DNA from: Macrostomum lignano
Taxonomy: Eukaryota
Reading direction: 5' to 3'
DNA length: 64,000 nucleotides
Assembly (NCBI GenBank): GCA_002269645.1
Contig: NIVC01000416.1
Coordinates: 434,001-498,000 of the forward strand
The stretch's first letter is position 1; every line of letters begins with the position of its first letter. Positions 45,943 through 55,900 of this stretch are shown here, in pieces. Under the pieces are notes generated by a model that was given only the letters and a program-made list of their open reading frames with translations, was not told where the DNA came from and searched no databases. Both the position numbers and the translations under genes were made by a program.

Positions 45943-48409
45943 ATGCTCTGCCTCTGGTTACTGTGGACCTGCAGCATCCTGCTTGGGTAAGCAAATCTTT
46001 AACAACGTATTGTTGTCCTTTTTACAAGAAATACAAAAAGAATACTATGTAAGGTCGCTAATACTTGGCTTTTATTGCTTTGGAATGAATGCGTCACGTT
46101 CGACCCGAGTAGTTACTTTATAACCTTTGTGGTCGAGGCATGACATTGAATTTTAGCCTAGCTTAAACAATATTTTCGAGTGTAAACGTTGAGCAATCCA
46201 TTGTCTACGACATAATAACTCTTGGTACATGACTACAAAATGCGAGCTATTTTTCTGGAAAAAAAACAAACTGACTTTAAGAAAACAGGATGTAAGAAAT
46301 TAAGATGCCAAATCGAATCGGTACACAGAGACACTGAATTTCAAGAAAGGCTATCATGCATGGCAGCTATTTGATTTTGACTTTGATTTTAGATTTCTCT
46401 GGCTTGACAATACGCTCGTAGAACATAGCACTGATTATGACAAAAAAATGTTTTCATATATTTATAAAATGTCTGAAGCATGCTATCATAAATTAACTTC
46501 AAACCTCTCGCAGAGCCGAGGCGGGACACTACTACTGCCGCGTCGGTGGAACAGTTGTTGAAATCAGCGACCGACATGGACGCGTTGATCACTTGGTACT
46601 TCCATGGCAAGAAAACGCGATCAGCTCAGCCAATATAAGTCACGAATGCAAATGGCAGTTCGAAGGCAATTTTAGTAGTGATCCCATCATGCTCCTGAGA
46701 GGATTTGACACATCCAAGGTGGACCTGAGTCGCAGAAGGGTCATCAGATCCGCTGAGTCTTCGATTTCGAGTTCGAGTTCGCCAGCTGCACGAATTCAGT
46801 ACCGATTCATGCTCTATCCTTGTGAGTAATCAGATTTAATTTTTCGACTATGAAATTATTAATTCAATCGATTTAATGAAAGTTTTATTAAACTAAAATC
46901 ATCTTACTGAGTGGTGACGTTTTCAAGCTTGGCTCCAGTTATCCAATAAATTACCTAAACATCAAACTGAGCTATAAGCAAATCTACTGAAACGCAGCTC
47001 ATAGTTTGATTTCACAAACAATAACTTTTAATTCATTTCCTCCTTCAGCCGTTTCTAAAGTCCTGCCAGTCCTGCACTGGCACTCTGTGGACCTGGACAC
47101 AGTTCACGCTTTGCAGCTTTCAAAACGGTCGGTTGTTACCGTTCTCTGAACTGTTGGTTTGGTGAGACTTCATTTTTATTCGAATAGCTGAACCTTCTTT
47201 CTCATTTCAGGGCTGATTTGATTGTCAAGTTAATCGCCAACTCCAGCAGGAATCCCCACGACACACCGGGTCTGCAAATCCAGCTGATGGAGCCCGGATT
47301 CTGCAGCACAGATGTTGCCTACTTTGAGCACAGCTGCTACACAATCTCATCGGCTCGGAGGTCGCTGAAAGCAGAGCTGACTGCAATCTGCAGCGATGGA
47401 GGACTCGCACAGCTGGCCACTTTTAACAGCTCCAGCGCTCTGCAGAACTTTGTGGCTCAAAGTAAGCTGCCATGGTTAACAACGTAACAAGTGACTGAAG
47501 ATTGCATGGTTGCGCAATTTGACTCAAACTCTGTCGATGACTTTTGCAGGCCAGCGGACCATTGTTGGAACCGGTCTGGACGCCCACAGCAAAACTCCGC
47601 TGAATCTCACACAGCCAGTTCGCATCGGGCTTCTGCACGATCGACTGACTGGCTCCATTTTCTACCTCAGCAACTCAAATGGCGAACTGGAACTGAAGCC
47701 GCTGGTCGAGTCGAAAATTCTGTGAGCATTTTCTCTTTGGTCTTGCTCTCCATCAGCTGCCAATCATAAAGTGCTCGTATTTCTTAACTGCAGCTACTAC
47801 AATGTTTGGCCTACGAGTTCGAGATTCTCATGCGGCTCCCTCAGACTTGCTCAGACAGCCGATGGCACCGAGGTGTCCTTCGGAGTCGTCGAGTTTGTCA
47901 GCTGCAGTGAGTCGCTGCCGGCGCTGCTCAGCTTTCGAGACACCGCCAGAAACTGCTGCTGCAGCTGCAGCGCCAGAGCTGTGCTCAGCCAGATTGAAAA
48001 TGCGGGATCTCACGTAGTTTTCCTTAAGACTTCCACTGAATCATCTAATACCACACCCAGTCCGAGACCTCGGTCGGAAACCGTATCAAAAATCAGTTGG
48101 TCTGATGCTGCTGCTCCGAAATCGGATTCCACAGACAGTCGCCGAGAATTTTCGCAAGAGACTGAAATGAAGAGAGTTGACTTCGAGTCGTACTTTATTC
48201 CGTTTTTAGCCGTGCTTGCTTGCGTGATTTTATTAAGTATAGGCATGATCATTGGCGCTTATTACTTTTGTTACAGGATTCGCTCGCCTCCACCGGGCAC
48301 ATTGACCCGTAATTATTACACGGAAAGCACGCTGGGGCCAAGCAGGACTTCAAGTTTAGCCCGTAACCCAAATGATATTTTATTGGACCCCAGCAACCAT
48401 TGCAGTTAG
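45943..48409 (+). CDS. Gene E: 6-exon CUB-like + CTLD-like type I membrane protein (489 aa predicted)
   Basis: Exons 45943-45986, 46514-46821, 47049-47127, 47211-47461, 47550-47721, 47794-48409; open frame, 1470 nt; CUB-like HYYC..LPW..ECKWQFEG..IMLLRGFD; CTLD-like FCSTDVAYFEHSCY..AICSDGGLAQLATFN; TM IPFLAVLACVILLSIGMIIGAYYF. Confidence 0.85.
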
Positions 48410-48454
48410 CGACTTTTTTCTCACAGTCTCAATCAACTTTTCTAATTACGAGCT

Positions 48455-48731
48455 ATATACTCAGCAACATTGAAAAGTCACCATCACCGCGGATTCCGCT
48501 GTGGTCGCCACAGAGTGCAGGTAGAGTCTCTCAATCTTTGCGAGTGACGCAACTTACACACCGCGGCAGACTTGAGTTGAGGAATGAAATGGGGGAGCGG
48601 TGTGCGAGGGTTGGACGGATTAAAGCTACCCCGATCAGTTATTCAGTTATTAGTCTTTTATTTCAGAATAGTTTAAGAGAAATCGCTTACTGGCGCATAG
48701 AGTGGCGACTTTTCAATGTTGCTGAGTATAT
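48455..48731 (+). mobile_element. MITE downstream of gene E
   Basis: Perfect 25-bp TIRs ATATACTCAGCAACATTGAAAAGTC. Confidence 0.9.
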
Positions 48732-49476
48732 GTATGTTGTAACGGGACAATAAAATAGAACGATGCACAATCAACCAAATCGTATTTGACAAATCTCCTG
48801 TTCCACTATAATTGTTTTTGTCAGCTTAAATTATTTGCACTAAAACCATGAGTAAAAGTAAAATTGTACATGTGTGCATGTACTCGTACTGAGGCGACCA
48901 ATGCTGAATGAACTATAGTTATAGTAGATGCATATCTACATGTAATATTTGCTCGTACTAAAATGTTTTCTAATTTTTTGTATGCTTACTTTTAGTATTT
49001 ATCTGACCGGCACTTAGCTCTTTATTCAAGCACTGACCAGATTTTTTTGTTAAATTATATTGCATTAATCTTTTGAGCGAATTAATTACTTACGAGCAAA
49101 TAGCTGCATACATTTTAAGCCTTCAGAGCTGCAAAAAACAAGGAAAATTAAATTTGTGACGTTGCTAGTTTAAGTGGTCCCGCAAAAGGGCCGTTGGACT
49201 ATAGTTTCCCTCGCAATTTCTCATATTAATTTCTCCAATAGTTTATTTTAACGTTTACTTATAGTAGCGTGCAAAAAATCTGTATCAACTGCTAATTCAC
49301 TGTGTATTTGGTAGGCCTTGCGCTCATCTGTGAATTTTGGCACGATCGATAATTTCAAATTCCCTCGCCAGCCAATGAAAACTCTCCGTGTTTTACGCTA
49401 CCCCCTTTTGCGCTCTTTATTAACCCTCGCCTGGCGGGCTGGGGGGTTTCACTCGTCCCGGTTCTTGTGTTCTGTG

Positions 49477-52400
49477 CACAGACCAAGAAATATAACTAGA
49501 CTGCGCATGAGGGTAAAAAAAGTTGTGCCTTTTTCCTAGTAGGAAAAGTGGCACCCCAGTGCCCACTCCCCCACGATCGATAATTGTGCCCGGGCCTTTC
49601 TTCTTACCCTCAGCCAACTCAGCTTGTCGGGGTCTCTTTTTTCTTTATGTTCGTAACTAGTGAAAATTCAGACTCAGTAAGAAATAGGATTAACAAATCA
49701 ACAACTACAGATTCATTTTTAATTTATCTAGAATTTTTTGCACGCATTTAATGGCAAATATATAGTTTATCACGGGAATAAGCTTAAACAGAATGCATTG
49801 AAGCCATAACTTACCAGCCTCCATATGCGAATACGCTGATTACAAATTAAGAAAAATCGCTGTTCGAAGCAGCCTTTGCCTCTTGCCGGGTTTTCTTCCA
49901 GCGCGTGAAAGATCCTTAGCCAGCTTCTTCATTCGAATATTTATAAAAAGCATAGCCATTACTCGAATCAAATGCAGCTTGTGAGACTCAATGCTGATAC
50001 TCGCGGATGCCGAATGAGAGTCCAGTTCAGGGAACAGATCGATTGACATGCGCAGAATCTCCTGAACAGCTACATCACTAGAGAATCCGCTGCTGTAGCT
50101 GGCACGCCGAACAACAGTCTCTGCATTGAGCAGCACCCGCAGGACATTGCTGCTAGGAAAAATCAGGCCGCCAGTTCCTTCCTTGTTCAAAACATTTTTT
50201 ATGGCAACGAGTGAGCATGGTCCGCGTGAAGCTCCTGGCGTCTCAGAGCTTGCGATCAGAGCTGACCTGCACGGAGCACATTCAACTGCTTTCATCATTC
50301 TTCGGACGACCGCGCCTGCGATATAGCACACGATGGACTGGCAAATTTCACACACCGATGCATTCTTGCAGTGTTGGATTGAACCCAGACTCAGTCCCAT
50401 TTCATTTTGAGCTTTCATCTGCTTCCATGGCTGCTGTCCTGATGATGATGGCAGACAAGACAATGATAACTGAATAGTGGCATCCTGCTGCCTCACATTC
50501 GGACTCACGGACTGTAGAATTCCACCTCCGGCATGCACCAACAGCTGCCTGAATGCTGAGCGAAATTGCGTGGGCGTTGGGTTATGGTTCCAGCCATTTC
50601 GTAGCCTTACTGCATTAAAAAACAGTTCGAGAAAATCCTGCGAAAGCTTGTAAGTGCAAAGAAAGAAGGATTCGCCAGTCGAAAATAAATACTTAGCGAG
50701 CTCCATAATGCCATGGCAGTTGGTGATGAAGCCTAGGAAGCCAGTCTTCTTTGCGGTTTCTACTATCTTACAGCCAGCCGGAGTTTCAAGGCTACGGAGA
50801 AGTTCGATCGAGCTAGAGAAGAAATCGATCCAATCCGACTGATTGTCAGCTCTAAGCGCCATTTTGGCGCCATAACTGACCAGCCGCTTGGAATTGAAAG
50901 CGTCGAACAAATCATTCATGTGCTCAACGAAATCTGCGGTGACTAGCACATCAGAGTGCTCAAATCCGATCACACCTTGCTGATGCACCCATCGCAAAGA
51001 GTCGGCCACTGACTTGCTAAACAGTTGTGATGCCAAATAGACCTTCATCTTTAAATTAGCAAAGTTGATGTGATGCCTGCTTAACTTGTTTCCAAGTCGG
51101 AGTCCATGACTTTCTTGTACTTGCTGCAACATGGAAACATATTTCCATTCAATATTTCCTCTGTTCGGCCAAACAAATCTTCCCAGTGACTGCCACTGAT
51201 TGCGAATCAGCTTTAACATGTGAGGCACATCCAGGAAGGCTGCAACCTGAATGCTAGGATCGCAGGGGTGCGGGAAGCAGGCGACGACCTCGTTCGGAGA
51301 ACTTATCCTGGAGCCAAGGAGTTCGATCGCTCGAATGTTGTGCTGAGTTCCATCGCATGTGAATGATGTTGCTATGACGCCAACCTGGTACAGTCGCTGA
51401 ATGGATTCCTCTACAACGCTCGAAAGAAATTCGCCGTCAACTCCATTCACTAGAAAATACCCTAAAGGCAGCTTCCAATAGCTCTTAAGCCCCACTGCCA
51501 TCACTACCAATGCCGAAGACGCCTCCTGATCACTTGGTTTGCCATCACCTTTGTCAACGTAGCCAAAAAACATACCTTCGCTTGAATTCCATTCAATCAT
51601 CGACTCTAGCGACATTTCATCAGCAACAACGTTGCAGTAGTCAAAGGCTTGGCCGTCAGTGGAGCTGCGTCGCCGCGAAAGTTCCTGGAAAGCCTGATCG
51701 CAAAACCCTGGAAAGCACTTTGCATTTGAGCGCCATTTTCTGAGTGACGCAGGATGTGGAAGCTGAAAGTACTTTCGTACATACTCATAAGCCTTCGGAC
51801 TATAGAAATGCAATGTAGAGGCGAATTTGCGCACTTCGTCAGAGAACCTCTTTGTCCTTTTTCTATTGCAAGGCACGATGCTGCTCAGCAGTGAATCGGA
51901 GGTCAAGAAATTCAATCGAGATGCCGCTGCTTCGTTTAACATACACTTGGCCTTTAGATCCAGAATTGCGTCCTTCAATGTTTTGGCTCTATGTTTAATT
52001 TGCCTGTGCTTTGAGCGCAGAGATCGAATTTTTCTGTACTTGCTCTGTACCGTCCGACGCAGGATTTCAATGGCCTTAGCACTTTTCTTAGATCTCTTAT
52101 GAGCAGCCAAAAGCCTTTTGTATCTGCGCCTCAGGTTTTTTAGGACTCTCACCTTTTCTTCGAATAGTTCTCTGGCCACACAGTTGGCATGCAGTTCTTG
52201 TAGGGGTTGTTCTGGTTCATCTGCCTCCGTGTCAGTTGGCTGAGCCTTCGTCTTGCTACATTCCGGCGCTTTCAAAAATGCAGCAAAGTCAACTTCCTGA
52301 GCAGCGGCGGCGGCGGCGGTGGCTGTTTTTCGCTTCTTTTCAACAGGCTGCAGGCGGTCAGGGAGCGTCGGGAAGATAGAAGGAACAGCATTTGGATACA

Positions 52401-52965
52401 GCCGCCTTCTTGTGGTGGGCAGAAAGCCGGCTAGTTGTTCCTTGAAGCAAGACTCTGCAAAGTGGACCGAGCAGACTTGGGTGGTCGCCGATGGTTTGAA
52501 CTCCTTGCGTCGGAGCGCAACCAGCCACTTTCTCTTCATTTCAGTGTCTTTTGGAAAAAAATGGAAGGACACTGCCGGAGACATTGACGAGTTGTTCGAG
52601 CAGCCTAGAGCGCAGCAAAAGCTGCCGTGACTTTTTCTGCTAGGCAGTTTTGAAGAATTAGATTCTTCCATGGCAGTTCGATTTGGTGAGGATTGATTTA
52701 GATTAGACTGAAGCAGCTTGCTTTGTATTTCAAGTATGTGTTTTATAAGTTTATATTTTTGGCCCCAGACCACTTTAATATATAGCTACATATCAACGCA
52801 GGCGGAAAGAAAAGCAGGCCTGTACCCTAACTTCTTGCCCAAGCACAATTATCGATCGTTTTCGAGTAGGGAGAGAGGGACCATTTTTTCCACTGTCATT
52901 TGGTCAAAAACAAGCCCAAGCAAGAAATGCGGGATGCGCAGTCTAGTTATATTTCTTGGTCTGTG
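49477..52965 (-). mobile_element. P-element/THAP9 superfamily DNA transposon, apparently complete
   Basis: Perfect 32-bp TIRs CACAGACCAAGAAATATAACTAGACTGCGCAT (49477-49508, 52934-52965); 8-bp TSD GTTCTGTG; inner inverted motif cgatcgataattgtgc. Confidence 0.95.
49840..52671 (-). CDS. THAP-domain P-type transposase (943 aa from the likely ATG at 52671)
   Basis: THAP C2CH (CCALGC...VCSVHF...AVPSIF), coiled coil, catalytic motifs VADEM, TCDG, FLDVPHMLK, SQDFLELFF; intronless and stop-free. Confidence 0.95.
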   Translation of the reverse strand: MEESNSSKLPSRKSHGSFCCALGCSNNSSMSPAVSFHFFPKDTEMKRKWLVALRRKEFKPSATTQVCSVHFAESCFKEQLAGFLPTTRRRLYPNAVPSIFPTLPDRLQPVEKKRKTATAAAAAAQEVDFAAFLKAPECSKTKAQPTDTEADEPEQPLQELHANCVARELFEEKVRVLKNLRRRYKRLLAAHKRSKKSAKAIEILRRTVQSKYRKIRSLRSKHRQIKHRAKTLKDAILDLKAKCMLNEAAASRLNFLTSDSLLSSIVPCNRKRTKRFSDEVRKFASTLHFYSPKAYEYVRKYFQLPHPASLRKWRSNAKCFPGFCDQAFQELSRRRSSTDGQAFDYCNVVADEMSLESMIEWNSSEGMFFGYVDKGDGKPSDQEASSALVVMAVGLKSYWKLPLGYFLVNGVDGEFLSSVVEESIQRLYQVGVIATSFTCDGTQHNIRAIELLGSRISSPNEVVACFPHPCDPSIQVAAFLDVPHMLKLIRNQWQSLGRFVWPNRGNIEWKYVSMLQQVQESHGLRLGNKLSRHHINFANLKMKVYLASQLFSKSVADSLRWVHQQGVIGFEHSDVLVTADFVEHMNDLFDAFNSKRLVSYGAKMALRADNQSDWIDFFSSSIELLRSLETPAGCKIVETAKKTGFLGFITNCHGIMELAKYLFSTGESFFLCTYKLSQDFLELFFNAVRLRNGWNHNPTPTQFRSAFRQLLVHAGGGILQSVSPNVRQQDATIQLSLSCLPSSSGQQPWKQMKAQNEMGLSLGSIQHCKNASVCEICQSIVCYIAGAVVRRMMKAVECAPCRSALIASSETPGASRGPCSLVAIKNVLNKEGTGGLIFPSSNVLRVLLNAETVVRRASYSSGFSSDVAVQEILRMSIDLFPELDSHSASASISIESHKLHLIRVMAMLFINIRMKKLAKDLSRAGRKPGKRQRLLRTAIFLNL

Positions 52966-55900
52966 GTTCTGTGTTCTCTCTCCTTAGGCTTGTCCTCTGT
53001 CCCGTCTGGCTTGCCTAGCCTTGTCTAGCCTTGTTTTCCTTCTCTCTGTCTGGCTGCCACGAGCCTCCTCATCTCACGCCACGGCTGACGCCAACCTCGC
53101 CACTGCTCATCTGCCTGCCTACTGCGTCTCACTGCCTTCACTGTGCTCATTGCCATTGCTCATCACGTTACGTCGCCATTGCATCATTCGTCTGCCCCTT
53201 GACTTCACATTCAATTTATCTTCAAAACCATTGTTGCAGCCGCCAGTGCCCAGAAAGCTATAGTTGTGTATTGATAGTAACAACCAAGCCTAATATTGAT
53301 ACTACCAAAAAAAAACAACTACGGCAGTTTCCTGCCTTTATCGCCAAGTGCTCCGCTACACAATCCGCTTTGCAAGAGTTGACTTCGATTTATTTTGGAA
53401 CTACGACTTACTGCAATTCTCGTCAAAACGGCCCTTTTAAGGGTCATAGCCATAGCTAGCCGCTACGCCAATAATCGTGACAAATTTTATCATATTTGAG
53501 CTAAATATGTTAATATGTTCTTTTTGGTGATGTAATTTTATGAGCATCATTTTGATATCTTTGATGAGTTTTTCAATTATTCGGCTAAATTATCTACAAA
53601 CATTTACGCGATTGCCGATTGCACACTCAGTCTTGCATGCAAATTCTGTCCTAATGTTTTTCACTTGAGATAAAAATGTACTAAGTTGACGAAATTTAAT
53701 AAACTGAAAGATTTAATTATTTTAAGAATTTAGAAAAATTGATGGATTCGACCTGAGACACCTGAGAACAGATATGTTTCAGCCAGCGAGATTGCTTACA
53801 GACAGCCGAGCCCCCTACCAAAGACATGGTGATGGGTCAAGCAGCTGTGGAAGCTCCTTGTTTGGCGACTCTGTCTTCGATATGTCGAGGCAATGCAGCT
53901 CCGGCTTCCAGGTGGTGGCGTCCGGCTTCCCGGCTTCTGGCAATCTTGCACAGACAGCATGCAACTGCTAGGAAAAACTTGTTGTAGCTCGTAGTGAACG
54001 CGATCTGCTCCGACACAAGGCAGACTTTCAGTTGGTTATTGTCGGTGAGATTTTGCGTAGTTTGGCATCGGTTCAGGTGTGGAATTCATCTCAATTTCTA
54101 AATTTTATAGAGTTGCTAGGGTGCTTTATAATGGAATAAAACGCTAGCCCAAAAACTGAAAGTCCCTATAGATGGAGTGACGCAACTCACGCCATACCGA
54201 AAGAGGTTTTTCTTTCTTTCTTTCTTTTATAATTACTATAAGGTCAATTATAAAATGAGCGTGAACCAACCGTAGAATTATTTGAACAGTCTTTGACCGC
54301 GCAGCTTACTGGCGGTAATGTTGAACGGCTTTTGATGTATACAACGGCCCCAGCTTTCTTATCTTTTATTCTTTCCAAGGACCACTAGAAGTTACCGTTG
54401 TATCAGGGCGAATTCTGCCGTAATTTCTCGTAGAATTCTGCCGTAAGGTACATATACAAGTATGAATGTTTTAGCCATATGGCTAGCAGCCGAGCTCCAA
54501 ACAACGACCTCTGAATCCAAACAATTCAACAGTTTAACTAGCTTTCGGTGACTTAATGCAGTAAAACAATTTATCCCTGGATCCCCCCCCAATTAATTGA
54601 GAACGTGCAAAGAATTAACATAGTTAAAATACACAATCACGAACAATATTTTTTTATAAAAAATAAATAAATAATTAAGGAATTAAAATGAAAGGTCAAC
54701 GTTACAAAGCAGCATGATAAAGTTTCCAGCCTTTTAAACCAGTGGTAAACAAATGACAGCGCTTTAATTAAACTCCAGATATAATCTGGGATCTGATTAT
54801 CCGATCAGATTTGCTTCTCACTAAGCTTAAACTGATTGAAAGTTCGAGCTAGTCGATCTTATAGCATTTCTGGCATACGAAAAGGCATATGCAAAACACC
54901 CATGCAATCAAAGGGGTCCCGATAAAGATTGCTCCCTCTTTATCGCTCTGTCTGTCCACTCTAGCTATTAGGACATATTCTCTACATTGGGGCTGACTAC
55001 TGGCCCCGAGACCGCATTCGTTTTTGTACGTTCGTCTGCAGAAAAAGCATTTAACTACGAGTAATTTCTAGATAAATAACAGATAAAACACCCTCCACGT
55101 AAGACCCTGACAGCTGAAGAATACAAATGAAGGTAAAGAGCGACGGTTGGTGGCCCGTTAAAATAACCGACCTCAGGGAGATGTGCATGGTCCTAACCAG
55201 CAATGGATTCTTCCAGATACATGTTACATGCAGCGCCTGTGTTACCCCCGTAGTAAGAACGGGGTAGTAGTAAGTAGTAAGAACGAGTGATCAACAGTGA
55301 TAACTGTTGATGACTGCTGCTGCTGCTCTTCAATTATATTCAGTGACACCGCTGATGATGATATAGATCTGAGGAGATTTAACTATTGAAGCCGATATTG
55401 GCGATAGTGAACAAGACTTGAGTCAGGGGAAGTGGATGCCAGATGTCACTCGGTAAATTAGGACGTGACCGGCTCGAGAGCAGGGGTAGCCGGATGGCGT
55501 TCCAGCCGCGTGCCAAAGAGTGACCGGATGGTCGGGTCGCACTGAAGATCCGAGCCGAATTTGCAGTCTTTTAAAGATTTCCAGCAATCTGTGCGTCTTA
55601 ACTAAGCAATTTCATGAATTTTTTATTACGCTCGTAAACGAGCATGAACTCAAGCTGGTAAATCGATTTTGAGAGGTTGAGTTTAATTTTAACCTCGTGC
55701 TTCAAACCCTACCCTATAAAACTTGACAGGTGCCGTCATTGATCAAGAAAAAACACAAAAGAAAAGAAAAGTGGTCCTAAAAAGTACATCCGGGTCCTAA
55801 AATACAAGCCAAAGAACCAACAATGGAGATAAGGACCCTAAGCATGCCTACTAGCAGTAGTTACATTACATTACAACGACGCTAGGGTCGGGGGTAGTAG

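Larger units (their letters stand above)
49155..53482. mobile_element. Putative solo LTR (~830 bp, TGTGAC...GTGACA) interrupted by a P element
   Basis: TG...CA ends; 4-bp TSD AATT (49151-49154, 53483-53486); empty site retained in the paralogous unit at 40213-40216. Confidence 0.7.

Noticed and set aside
50126-52987. Plus-strand ORFs overlapping the transposase
   Set aside because: Antisense shadows of the THAP transposase ORF.
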